A stretch of 62,171 bases of DNA, taken from a virus (lineage: Duplodnaviria; Caudoviricetes). Below, piece after piece: positions 9,385 through 18,534 of this stretch (its first letter is position 1; each line of letters begins with the position of its first letter). The stretch spans positions 1-62,171 of the IMG/VR virus record IMGVR_UViG_3300031772_000034; one strand, 5' to 3'. Under the pieces are notes generated by a model, which was given only the letters and a program-made list of their open reading frames with translations, was not told where the DNA came from and searched no databases. The position numbers were made by a program, and so were the translations under genes.

Positions 9385-9753
9385 ATGGACCAAAATATCG
9401 CTGATAAGCTTGACAGGATCTCTCGTATCCGCTATGCAGTTGGCCGAGATGAATATGGGGAGGATACCTGGAAGAAGCTGGACTGCATTAAGATGCTGGT
9501 TGAAGAGATTACGGACTCTCTCAATTACATCGTAATGCAGGTGAACAAAACCCAGGGGCTCCCTCGACAGACGATCCTGGATCTCTCGGAAGTTCGCATT
9601 TGGATCGCTGCGAATATCGATCTCATCAACTGGCTCTCGGGGCAAACCGTTGTCAGTGATCAGGTGAATGGCCTGATAAGATCCGAGGTGACCATGAGGG
9701 CGGAATCCTTAAACATGCAGGACGATCCGATCCTAATTGTGAAAAATCCGTAG
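9385..9753 (+). CDS. hypothetical protein
   Basis: cassette RBS, ATG 9385. Confidence 0.65.
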   Translation: MDQNIADKLDRISRIRYAVGRDEYGEDTWKKLDCIKMLVEEITDSLNYIVMQVNKTQGLPRQTILDLSEVRIWIAANIDLINWLSGQTVVSDQVNGLIRSEVTMRAESLNMQDDPILIVKNP

Positions 9754-9764
9754 CCCAAGCCCCC

Positions 9765-9793
9765 TTGCGAAACGTTTACATTCATGTTAAAAT
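9765..9793 (+). promoter_or_regulatory. putative extended -10 promoter
   Basis: TTGCGA-17 nt-TAAAAT with TG at the extended -10 position. Confidence 0.5.
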
Positions 9794-9830
9794 ACAGTCT
9801 GTTTTTCTTTTAATTTTACACGTTTAGGAG

Positions 9831-10184
9831 GTGAATATGTTTGGGATTGGCCAGGCTTCAAAGAAGAAAGAGAAGGAAAAAGAACTCGAGATTTTGAAAA
9901 ATCGTCGGGTGCATCATGCGCAATACTCTGCCCTTCGACGGTTTCGGAAGCGTCAAGAAAAGGAAGAAGTATGGGTGGGGCAAGTGAATCGGACTGCGAA
10001 AGCTCTTCATCGCAAGGGGGTTCCTACGAAGGTTATCGAGCGATATAAGGAGCTCGAACTCACTGAGCTCACCTGCGCTCGGGGGGTTAATGCGATTGGA
10101 AAGAACCTCCGGAAGAACTGCAAGCGGCGAAGGCTCAATCGAATTGCCCGGCTCTCTCGGAGGGTTCATCGACATGCATCTTGA
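9831..10184 (+). CDS. highly basic hypothetical protein
   Basis: Arg/Lys-rich; AGGAGGTG RBS favours ATG 9837. Confidence 0.6.
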   Translation: MNMFGIGQASKKKEKEKELEILKNRRVHHAQYSALRRFRKRQEKEEVWVGQVNRTAKALHRKGVPTKVIERYKELELTELTCARGVNAIGKNLRKNCKRRRLNRIARLSRRVHRHAS

Positions 10185-10210
10185 CACAAAATGAAGTAAT
10201 CGATTATAAT
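10181..10210 (+). promoter_or_regulatory. promoter cassette copy 7
   Basis: TTGACA(10181)-18 nt-TATAAT(10205); nearly identical to copy 6. Confidence 0.85.
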
Positions 10211-10235
10211 TTATTTAAGAAAGGAGGCAAGTATT

Positions 10236-10583
10236 ATGGAACAAGAAAAAAAGGTGTCCTCAAAGAAGCCTGACGCGATCATTGGGTTTATCTTCGTGGG
10301 AATCATGCTTTTCGTCGTATTCATCGTCGGATCCTGGATGGGAAGCTCTTGGATGCCGCTTATCGGAAGGCCGTTACCTACAAAGGTCGCGGTTCTTGAG
10401 GAATGTCGGCACCTCAACGGCTTCCGACCGGACTGTACTCTGATCGAGATGCCGAATGACTACTCTTACCTTTTGAGGTGCCCGAACGAAGTTCTCCTCA
10501 TTCATGCAGATTATCTCATCGATAAGAAGATCGACGATATGCCCACCCGGCAACCTATCGGGGCGAAAAAGATTATCCAGTAG
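10236..10583 (+). CDS. membrane-anchored hypothetical protein
   Basis: N-terminal hydrophobic helix, cassette RBS. Confidence 0.65.
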   Translation: MEQEKKVSSKKPDAIIGFIFVGIMLFVVFIVGSWMGSSWMPLIGRPLPTKVAVLEECRHLNGFRPDCTLIEMPNDYSYLLRCPNEVLLIHADYLIDKKIDDMPTRQPIGAKKIIQ

Positions 10584-10599
10584 GCTCGCCACCTCCTAT

Positions 10600-10648
10600 T
10601 CCTCCCGGGTTGGCGGGTCTACCATCTTGGGCCCGGGGGGATTTTTTT
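10600..10648 (+). terminator. putative intrinsic terminator
   Basis: TCCTCCCGGG...CCCGGGGGGA stem followed by T7. Confidence 0.6.
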
Positions 10649-10658
10649 GAAAGGGCAT

Positions 10659-10925
10659 ATGGAACCAATTGAGAGCGGTGAGAAGCACATTGAGTTAGTC
10701 GAGAATGATGAAGGACAGTTCGAATGTTCAGAATGCGGAAGTCAGTTATTCACTTTAAGGATGGAAGTACATCACGATGGCGGGATTATTCGAGAGCAGG
10801 ATGGTCGAATATTATTCCGCGCCATTGCAGGAATGGAACAAAAGTTACTCACTGTCGTTTGTTCTGGTTGTGAAACAGAGTTTAATTGTGATGAAAATAG
10901 CATCGAGGACGTTACCGAAACATAA
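10659..10925 (+). CDS. Zn-ribbon protein
   Basis: CSECG...CSGC. Confidence 0.6.
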   Translation: MEPIESGEKHIELVENDEGQFECSECGSQLFTLRMEVHHDGGIIREQDGRILFRAIAGMEQKLLTVVCSGCETEFNCDENSIEDVTET

Positions 10926-10936
10926 GGAGGTGAAAA

Positions 10937-11314
10937 ATGGGTAAGGGAAAAGTAAGTTTTATAGTAAAGCCAATTGGGGCTTTACTCCTCACGCTTCTGA
11001 TTGTGGTTGTCGTAACGCTCGCCTTCCGTGGGCTTACGAAACCGCAGCCCGGATTTGATCAGGAAGGGCAGAAGCGATTCGTTCTTCTCGATGGAAACGG
11101 CCATGGGGATATATTAGGCGGCGTCTGTACTGGCATCGAGAGAATGTGGGGCCTCAATCAGTGGCTTTGTCGAGGAGGATTTATCGCTGGAACATGCGCC
11201 GGAGGAATTGGCGTTCCGGTATACATTTTCCTCTGGGTCTTCGTTCCTGATTGCGCGGAAGACTGTGGGAAGGTTTCGATTAATAAGAAGGAGGTGCCGA
11301 TGGGGAAGAAGTAG
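10937..11314 (+). CDS. PspC-domain membrane protein
   Basis: ILGGVCTGI...GIGVPVYIFLWVFVP matches the PspC signature (GGVCxG...YxxLWxxxP); extra N-terminal TM helix. Confidence 0.7.
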   Translation: MGKGKVSFIVKPIGALLLTLLIVVVVTLAFRGLTKPQPGFDQEGQKRFVLLDGNGHGDILGGVCTGIERMWGLNQWLCRGGFIAGTCAGGIGVPVYIFLWVFVPDCAEDCGKVSINKKEVPMGKK

Positions 11315-11333
11315 TATTTGTTATCGCAATCGA

Positions 11334-11363
11334 AATTGTTCTCGTTAACCAAAAGGAGGCCAT
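11334..11363 (+). repeat. 30-bp leader repeat, copy B
   Basis: 29/30 identical to 7721-7750. Confidence 0.8.
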
Positions 11364-12335
11364 ATGGGCCAACAGACATGGGAAAGTATTCTTGCATCAT
11401 GCAAGACAGACGACATGGGCAAATGGGATGCAACCCTTCCTTTAGGGGATGCGCTCCTGTGTGGCGTTCACGACCACAAGCCGATCTTCAACATTCCGGT
11501 GGCAAAACATCCGACGGCTCCGAAGCCGATGGATGAACCCTTCATGATGTTCGATGAATGGGCTTTCGATCAATTCTGCCGCAGGTACTCGCTTCCGCAG
11601 CGATATCTGCGGCGTCTTCCGGATCAGCTCGTCCAGCCTCTTTACAAACACGAAATCGAGATGCATTCGCAGGACGAGGTTCTTCTGCGGTCGAAAGGAA
11701 ATACGATTCGGGCATTTCTGTCCGATTCGTATTCCGTGGTCAACAACGCTTTCCTGATCGGGGCCGTGCAGGAACTCAGCAAGTACGATCACGAAGTCCG
11801 CGGCTTCAATATGAACGAGCGCGGCTTCTGGCTGAAGCTCCTGGTGAAGGAAATGACGATCAACAAGAACGGCGAGGAATTCAAGGTCGGCATCATGTTC
11901 GGGAATTCCGAGGTCGGATGCCGGGTCGTTTCCGTGGAGCTCTTCATTTATCGGAAAGCGTGCACGAACGATCTCGTGGTGCTTTCCGAAGAGTCCATTC
12001 GGCAGCGGCATCTCTACCTGACCGAGCTTGAGATCAAATCTCGGGTCGCGGACGCTATCGGGAACTGCCTTCAAGCCGGCCCGGAAGCGATGGGAAAGTT
12101 CATCAATTCGATGGACGTGAAGATCCTGGAACCTCGCGATGTGATCAAGAAGCTCTGCGCGGACAATAAGTTCTCCCAGCTCGTGCAGGATCAGGTGGTT
12201 CTCGCGCACGAAACCGAAGGCGCGCAGAAGACTCTGTTCGGCGTCGTCAACGCGTTCACGCGCGTTGCGCAGGTGCTGGAGCCGGACGATCGCATTGAGA
12301 TGGAACGGTTCGCGGGCACGTTGCTTGCGGCGTAG
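11364..12335 (+). CDS. DUF932-like protein
   Basis: RAFLSDSY...N, NSEVG, YRKACTNDL, TLFGVVNAFT motifs. Confidence 0.7.
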   Translation: MGQQTWESILASCKTDDMGKWDATLPLGDALLCGVHDHKPIFNIPVAKHPTAPKPMDEPFMMFDEWAFDQFCRRYSLPQRYLRRLPDQLVQPLYKHEIEMHSQDEVLLRSKGNTIRAFLSDSYSVVNNAFLIGAVQELSKYDHEVRGFNMNERGFWLKLLVKEMTINKNGEEFKVGIMFGNSEVGCRVVSVELFIYRKACTNDLVVLSEESIRQRHLYLTELEIKSRVADAIGNCLQAGPEAMGKFINSMDVKILEPRDVIKKLCADNKFSQLVQDQVVLAHETEGAQKTLFGVVNAFTRVAQVLEPDDRIEMERFAGTLLAA

Positions 12336-12344
12336 GAGACGCGA

Positions 12345-12659
12345 ATGTCTGAATATCGAAAACCATCATTACTTCGAATTGGGCGGAGTCCAGCAACAGA
12401 GAAGCTATACTCTCTAGAGGACGCGTTCCATTCGAAGTTCCGCAGCTGTGTTGAGGAATGGTGCCGCCTGATGAATATATCGGATCGAAATGATCTCTTT
12501 CGGATTGGGTATCCGCAGGGCGCGTATGACTTTCTCCATTCGATCGATCAGGCGGCCGCGCTTCTCAGTGCGCAGGCATTCCTGGAGTATTTCGGATATC
12601 AAGTTACTAAACCGAAGGAGACGGTAAATGTCGAAACCGAAAGCGGTAATCATCCTTAG
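12345..12659 (+). CDS. hypothetical protein
   Basis: AGGAG RBS. Confidence 0.55.
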   Translation: MSEYRKPSLLRIGRSPATEKLYSLEDAFHSKFRSCVEEWCRLMNISDRNDLFRIGYPQGAYDFLHSIDQAAALLSAQAFLEYFGYQVTKPKETVNVETESGNHP

Positions 12660-13716
12660 TGGCGGGATGGATTCAGGGACACTTCTGGGTAAGCTTGTTT
12701 ACGAAAACCAATGTTCGGTTTACCCGATCACTTTCAATTACGGGCAACGCCATTCAAAGGAGATTGGCTGCGCGGAGGCATTATGCGACTGGTTTTCGCT
12801 CCGCCATAGGCATAAGGTTATCAACTTACCTGTGGCGGAGCTTCTTTCAAATTCCTCGTTGCTGGGGAGCGGCGACATTCCAGAGGGTAAATACGATGAT
12901 GAAGTCATGAAATCGACAGTTGTACCGAATCGTAACCCTATTATGGCTAACATTGCATTAGGGTACGCTATTAATATTGGGGCGAAAAGAATCGTTTTAG
13001 GCATTCATACAGGAGACCATCATATTTATGAGGATTGTAGAGAAACGGCGTTGGAGGCCCTAAACGATACCTCTTATATTTGGAGCAGCGATAACCGCGG
13101 ACGACTGTTGCCGTCTTATGTGAGGGCTTTTTTTGAAGCGGAAGGATGTTTTACGTCATCCCTATTTAAGCAGATTCAGTACCATCGAAAGACGAAAAAG
13201 CGGTTAGGCGTGAGCAAAGTCAAAAGGATACCTATTGTTATTATAAGCCAGAAGGATAAAACAATTTTAGAGGAAATTAAAAAGTTCTTTTATGGAAGGG
13301 GGTCGATTTATACCAACAAAAAAGGGTGTAGTGATTATAAACTTCAATGGCAAGATTGTAGGTTGATGATCGACCTAATGAACGGGATGTTTAAAACCGC
13401 TGCAAAAGAAGCGCAATTTATTTCTTGGTATCAAGAGTTCAAGGAGATGTTTGAGCGAGAGGTCGAGACGGATAATCCTGCGATAAAGGGAAAAACGTAT
13501 GAGATACAAAACATAAAGTTCATCGCCCCGTTTCTACATATGGATAAAGGCGATATCGCTTCCTATGGCGTCGCACATGGATTCCCATATCAATTCACGT
13601 GGACTTGTTATAAGGGAGGTCAAAAAGCCTGTGGGAAATGCGGCGCGTGCGTAGAGCGCCTAGAAGCATTTCAGAAAGCGAACATGAAAGATCCTCTTAT
13701 ATATATCGAGGAATAA
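12628..13716 (+). CDS. queC: 7-cyano-7-deazaguanine synthase QueC with in-frame LAGLIDADG insertion
   Basis: SGGMDS PP-loop, YGQRH, VPNRN, DCR, TCY...CGKCGAC; ~136 extra aa (~13090-13497). Confidence 0.9.
   Translation: MSKPKAVIILSGGMDSGTLLGKLVYENQCSVYPITFNYGQRHSKEIGCAEALCDWFSLRHRHKVINLPVAELLSNSSLLGSGDIPEGKYDDEVMKSTVVPNRNPIMANIALGYAINIGAKRIVLGIHTGDHHIYEDCRETALEALNDTSYIWSSDNRGRLLPSYVRAFFEAEGCFTSSLFKQIQYHRKTKKRLGVSKVKRIPIVIISQKDKTILEEIKKFFYGRGSIYTNKKGCSDYKLQWQDCRLMIDLMNGMFKTAAKEAQFISWYQEFKEMFEREVETDNPAIKGKTYEIQNIKFIAPFLHMDKGDIASYGVAHGFPYQFTWTCYKGGQKACGKCGACVERLEAFQKANMKDPLIYIEE
13090..13497 (+). mobile_element. LAGLIDADG homing-endonuclease-like domain inserted in queC
   Basis: SYVRAFFEAEGCF motif, then IISQKD..ILEEIKKFF.G.G.I; boundaries approximate. 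Confidence 0.7.
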
Positions 13717-13720
13717 AATC

Positions 13721-13793
13721 GCCGGAGTAGCTCTAAGGGTAGAGCAGCGGTTTTGTAAACCGATGGTTGGGGGTTCAAGTCCTCTCTCCGGCT
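13721..13793 (+). tRNA. tRNA-Thr(UGU)
   Basis: GCCGGAG/CTCCGGC acceptor stem, GCTC/GAGC D-stem, TTTGTAA anticodon loop, GTTCAAGT T-loop; CCA not encoded. Confidence 0.92.
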
Positions 13794-13818
13794 CTACATG
13801 AAGGAGGAGATCCTAAAC

Positions 13819-14115
13819 ATGTGTGAAGCAAAACATACTATCGTTCAAATTGCGGATGTATTTTGGGTCTGCCCGAATTGTGGCGCTCCTGCTCCAAGTG
13901 AGCACTCCTCAGAGATGGGCTTTATTATTGAAAGCTCCGTCGATGGATCTGATGAAGATTGCGATCTTCTTCACGAGGAAGATGAGTGTAAATGTTATAA
14001 ATGCGGTAAAGTATTTACCGGAAAGGAAGTCGCAGAATATCACATGAAGAAGATGTTCGTGGTCCCCTGTCCGCATTGTAAAGGAACTGGCGTTGTGCCA
14101 AAGAAGGAGGAATAA
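13819..14115 (+). CDS. Cys-rich Zn-finger protein
   Basis: CPNCG, CYKCG, CPHCKGTG. Confidence 0.65.
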   Translation: MCEAKHTIVQIADVFWVCPNCGAPAPSEHSSEMGFIIESSVDGSDEDCDLLHEEDECKCYKCGKVFTGKEVAEYHMKKMFVVPCPHCKGTGVVPKKEE

Positions 14116-14694
14116 TGGCAACATGTCAAAGATGTGGATGTACGAAACCGTGTGGATGTGATCAATATACCCCTGATCGCCAGGATACGTGCTCGCGATG
14201 TGGTTGCACGAAGCCTTGCCGCTGTGATGGATATACCAAAAGGGATCGAGAAGAAAAGGAGGAAAGAAAACGATGAATGACCAGGAAGTGATTGCTTTTG
14301 GCTGTATCGCGAGGGCTTTGATCCTAAGCCTCGGGATGATGTCAGAGAACCTCCAACGGATTCAAAGGGGAGAATCGATTGCATATCCGTATGATGCTTT
14401 CGATAAAGTGATCGTCGCCGAAAGCGCTAGTTGGAATCAGGTAATGGAAAGAGTTCGGAGGGGCTAAGATGGATAGAATGGATTTCATTTTTGGGGTCTT
14501 GATCACGTTAATGGCATTATGTCTTGGGGTTACTACCTATTTCCATTATAAGGAACGGGAAGAAATCAGAACCTGCATCGTCGAAGGATGTCAGATAGAA
14601 GAGTATGACAGAGGCCTTTTTGGGGATGGCATAAAGTTTTGTCGATGCCCGAATGAAAAACCGTTTGAGTTAAAAGGATATTAAAGGAGGCCCA

Positions 14695-15012
14695 ATGGCA
14701 GACAAAAAGGAAAAATTTGTTACAAAAGATCAGCCGTACATAACGATCACCGTTCGAGCGCATCGAATGTGGCGCGAAGATGGAACGGGTGGTGTAATGA
14801 TGCTGACCGGTCCTGGAGGTGTGTCGTTTGAAGGCGCTGAAAGTAAAAAGGAGGTCGGACATATCCGGCCCGAAGTCGCGGGTAGGGCCCTAGAGATTTG
14901 TGATAATCGGCGGCCATACGATCATTCCTACTCACTCGATATGTCCGACCTCTGGGAAGCGTTTCAACATGCCTTGGATACTACTCCCGGGCAGGAGCTC
15001 AAGGAGGGGTAA
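14695..15012 (+). CDS. hypothetical protein
   Basis: AAAGGAGG RBS. Confidence 0.65.
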   Translation: MADKKEKFVTKDQPYITITVRAHRMWREDGTGGVMMLTGPGGVSFEGAESKKEVGHIRPEVAGRALEICDNRRPYDHSYSLDMSDLWEAFQHALDTTPGQELKEG

Positions 15013-15485
15013 TGCCCAAAGACAGAAACTATGCGATCCGCCCAGACGCGCAGCCTTTCGATGAAATTCGGATTACCACGATTCCTCGATACAAGACATC
15101 TGGTATGTCCGGAGATGAGTGGAGGATCTCCGCGAAAGTTCAATTACTTCGAAAAGGTCGTGTTGTTCATGAAGACATCGGTTTAAGTAACATTAAAGCA
15201 GCCATTGACTTTCTTCCTTCAATATTCCATCGGGCTCACGATAACGCGAAAGGCTACTTTGCAGGAGAAGTAGGATTCTGCGACCAGGAGGGGTGTCGTA
15301 AGCCACCAACTATTTTCTATCAAATGAAGCATTCGTATTGTCAGGAAGGACATCGTACAGAATGTAGTAAATCTCTTGATGGGCATACTCCAATTCGAAA
15401 GTTCTGTGATGAACATAAAGAGAGAGGGGATTGTGGATTGGATGATGCCGATTCTAATTACGAGAAAATTGAAGTGGGGGAATAA
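15012..15485 (+). CDS. conserved hypothetical protein with C-terminal Cys/His cluster
   Basis: TAATG coupling; CDQEGC...FCDEH..RGDCGLDD. Confidence 0.7.
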   Translation: MPKDRNYAIRPDAQPFDEIRITTIPRYKTSGMSGDEWRISAKVQLLRKGRVVHEDIGLSNIKAAIDFLPSIFHRAHDNAKGYFAGEVGFCDQEGCRKPPTIFYQMKHSYCQEGHRTECSKSLDGHTPIRKFCDEHKERGDCGLDDADSNYEKIEVGE

Positions 15486-15695
15486 CATGCAATTACGAAT
15501 CACAATTAAAAGTCTCTGTACAAAAACCTTTCCTAATAGTGCCGGCGAATTAATTCCCTCTGAAGAAGTGAAAATAGTTCTGGAAGGGAAAGCCAAAATT
15601 AAAGGTCCGATCGATAAAGTTCGGAAACTTCTTTTTCAAACAGAGCTCAATGCCAATACAGACGGCACTCGCCGCGTATGGATAGAGGAGGTGTG

Positions 15696-16067
15696 ATGAG
15701 AACGATAACAGTAAAAGAGTTTCACGCTGAATTACGGGCACAGGGGGTTCCGAAAGAACATCTCGCCCTAAAATGTCCTCTTTGTGGTACTATCCAAAGC
15801 GCGGCAGATTTGATCCGGGTTGGCGCAGGAAAGGATTTCGAAGAGGTGGAAGGGTATATTGGATTTTCGTGTATCGGTCGATGGACCAATGCGGGATCGT
15901 TCAAGGAAGAAAATCCCCCTGGAAAGGGTTGTGATTGGACGCTCGGGGGATTACTCCAGTTACATCAGTTGGAAGTAATAACGGAGGAGGGCGAAAAACA
16001 TCCAAGATTTGAGATATGCACGCCTGAGGAAGCCCAAGCGCACATGAATACGTCGAAGGAGGGATAA
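15696..16067 (+). CDS. VVA0879-like Zn-binding protein
   Basis: KCPLCG...SCIGR...GCDWTLGGL. Confidence 0.65.
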   Translation: MRTITVKEFHAELRAQGVPKEHLALKCPLCGTIQSAADLIRVGAGKDFEEVEGYIGFSCIGRWTNAGSFKEENPPGKGCDWTLGGLLQLHQLEVITEEGEKHPRFEICTPEEAQAHMNTSKEG

Positions 16068-16200
16068 TGCTTACAACTTCGGAATTCTGGATTCAGGTCC
16101 GTTGTATAATGATACAATGCCTTGACTATCTTATGGGAGAGATTACTCGTGACACGCTCATTTTTAATCTTCGACTGATCTTAAAGAAAATGGAGGCCAA

Positions 16201-16524
16201 ATGAAGCTCAGAGCCATCCCAGAAGGCCGAAAGGATATCTGGGTTCCGGAAAAGGAATCCCTTAAAGAGTTCATTAAGTCGAGGGGCCTGGAAGATATTC
16301 ATAATTTTGTGCAAACCGGTCCAGGTGGCGGGCTCCTTTTGGGGGCCGATCATGATGTTGAAAGCGTTCTTAATGATATCGATCACGCTGTTCGACTGGC
16401 TGTTTTTACCGATCCTAATGCGAATGCAGCTCATTCCCTCGCCTTAATTTTGGATTCTCCCCCGATGGGAGAGCATCTTGAAATGTACGATATTGGCGAA
16501 ATCACAATAGGAGATCTCGAATGA
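16201..16524 (+). CDS. hypothetical protein
   Basis: GGAGG RBS. Confidence 0.65.
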   Translation: MKLRAIPEGRKDIWVPEKESLKEFIKSRGLEDIHNFVQTGPGGGLLLGADHDVESVLNDIDHAVRLAVFTDPNANAAHSLALILDSPPMGEHLEMYDIGEITIGDLE

Positions 16525-16716
16525 CGACGTGTAATTATTGCCATCGGCTTTTTGATCCGCTCAAAAACCAACCTAGATTCAGGTCTCGGTTATTAAAGAT
16601 TCTCGAGCTGACGCCTGACGGCGGGAAGACTTGGCAATTTGGCGGTATAATGTGTCAACCGTGTCGAGATTATTTAATGGGACTCTGGCGATATGTAACA
16701 TCTAAAGGAGGCGGTA

Positions 16717-17037
16717 ATGTCAACAAGGGAAAAGCTCCGCGAAGAGTTAAGCGTCGTTCTCAATAAACACTGCACAGAGAATGGGAGTAATACGCCCGAC
16801 TTTCTCCTAGCGGAATTCCTACTCAAGTGCTTGGAAGCATTTGATGCGGCGGTCATAGCAAGGGACAAATGGTATGGGGTTAAGCTCCATCCCGTTTCAT
16901 CGAAAACCTATAAGCGCGGTCTTATCGAGGGAGTTACCAGGTTCGCGTGGTGGAAGGACGGAACGCAATATGTCGGGACCTGCGGAACTACGTTAAAAGA
17001 TGCGATCGAAGAAATCGAAAAGGAGGTCAAATGGTAG
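16717..17037 (+). CDS. conserved phage protein (ENGSNTPDFLLAE motif)
   Basis: AAAGGAGG RBS; recurrent phage motif. Confidence 0.7.
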   Translation: MSTREKLREELSVVLNKHCTENGSNTPDFLLAEFLLKCLEAFDAAVIARDKWYGVKLHPVSSKTYKRGLIEGVTRFAWWKDGTQYVGTCGTTLKDAIEEIEKEVKW

Positions 17038-17729
17038 AAGAGAAGCAACTACGAATCAGCGAATACTTCACGACGATTCAAGGCGAAGGACCTCGTGCGG
17101 GCGTTCCTTCTAACTTCATTCGTCTTTGGGGGTGTAATTTAAAGTGCACCTTCTGCGATACCAAATTCTCGCGAGAGACGAACGAAGATGGAAGAGTTAA
17201 CTGGACATGGGAGCTAGCGAGCTGTATTATAGATTGCTTCCGCCATCCGTGTTTCCTTCGCAATGATTTTGTGATCACTGGCGGAGAACCATTTCTTCAG
17301 TGGACAGCATTAGCTGATCTGGTCCTCAAGATCCCGAAAGATCGCGTTTATATTGAAACGAACGGGACTCTCTTCCATTATTTAGCACAGAAGGCGTTCC
17401 CGCAATATGTTGCTCGACGACTACAACGAAAAATCATTCCTATCGTTAGCCCGAAGGGACCTCTTCCTGAGGTTAACCGATGGACTTGGTTTGAGGAAGT
17501 ATACCTGAAAATCGTCCTTCCTCAGAAGGGCGCAGAAACGCTCAAAAAGATGTCCAAGTATATCCAGCCATTCCTACAAAGCCAAATCCCGCATGAGAAT
17601 ATTTACATAATGCCGAAAGGCGTTACTCCGGATGAGGTCGCGAAGTCTGTGAGTAAGATCATGCCAATTATTATGGACTACAACCTGAAACTGTCCCCGC
17701 GGCATCAGATCTCATATTACTTTAAATAG
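17031..17729 (+). CDS. queE: 7-carboxy-7-deazaguanine synthase QueE (radical SAM)
   Basis: TIQGEG, GCNLKCTFCDT, ITGGEP, IETNGT, VSPK; RBS before ATG 17031. Confidence 0.92.
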   Translation: MVEEKQLRISEYFTTIQGEGPRAGVPSNFIRLWGCNLKCTFCDTKFSRETNEDGRVNWTWELASCIIDCFRHPCFLRNDFVITGGEPFLQWTALADLVLKIPKDRVYIETNGTLFHYLAQKAFPQYVARRLQRKIIPIVSPKGPLPEVNRWTWFEEVYLKIVLPQKGAETLKKMSKYIQPFLQSQIPHENIYIMPKGVTPDEVAKSVSKIMPIIMDYNLKLSPRHQISYYFK

Positions 17730-17737
17730 GAGGTCTA

Positions 17738-18076
17738 ATGGCTGAACATATTCCACCGCTTGACCTTTACGGAAAGTGCGCTGAAGTAACTCAGCAGATG
17801 GCAGCTGCTAATCCAAGTCTTCGACGTGTACGAGGACATTATTATTGCCCAATTTGGGGAGAGCGGGCGCATTGGTGGTTGGTTGATCGAGACGGAAAAA
17901 TCATCGATCCAACTGCTGCGCAGTTCCCATCGAAGGGGAATGGGACTTATGTCGAATGGCAGGAGGGAGAAAAGGAACCGTCGGGTAAGTGCTACAACTG
18001 TGGGGACTACTGTTATGATGGTAAAGTATTCTGTCCTGAATGCATTGCAAATCATCAGGATCATTTTGACTTTTAA
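17738..18076 (+). CDS. transglutaminase/papain-like fold protein with C-terminal Zn finger
   Basis: GKC...HWW...IIDPT candidate Cys-His-Asp triad. Confidence 0.5.
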   Translation: MAEHIPPLDLYGKCAEVTQQMAAANPSLRRVRGHYYCPIWGERAHWWLVDRDGKIIDPTAAQFPSKGNGTYVEWQEGEKEPSGKCYNCGDYCYDGKVFCPECIANHQDHFDF

Positions 18077-18182
18077 GGGGGGAGGTGCCAATGGATAAAT
18101 TTTTACATATTTTAATTGGGATTGCGATAGGATTGCTTTTATCGCTTCTCATACATTTTAAAGGTGGTTAAAGTCGTTGATC

Positions 18183-18212
18183 TTGACACAAATAGAGCGC
18201 TTGCTTGATAAT
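18183..18212 (+). promoter_or_regulatory. promoter cassette variant
   Basis: TTGACA-CAAA..18 nt-GATAAT. Confidence 0.65.
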
Positions 18213-18534
18213 TATATTTAGGAGGAAATAGAGTGTCGAAGATACCGATATTCGTAACTGGACTGAAGATGCATTTGCGCCATCGATGGGGGTTCTTCCT
18301 TATCGGATGTAAGTTGATTTGGTGTTCGATCACTGGAAGGTTGAATTATACTGACGTTTTACAGGAGTTACTATACGTTCCTTGGAGGTAAAATGGATTG
18401 CCCAAGATGTAAAGCAACAGGTTGGAAAGCCAAATGGCAACGGCTCGGTAACGATCTCGTAAGGTGTCCGAAATGCAAGGTGGTGTTTAACGAAGATACC
18501 CACGTAATAGTTGAACAAACAAAGGAGGCCCCAG

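Noticed and set aside
998-10210. CRISPR array or integron attC sites from the recurring ~50-bp repeat
   Set aside because: Copies are 0.8-2.3 kb apart, non-palindromic and made of -35/-10/SD elements; no cas or integrase gene seen
13084-13515. Canonical intein in queC
   Set aside because: No Hint N- or C-terminal blocks and no HN-[C/S/T] junction; the insert is only large enough for the nuclease domain
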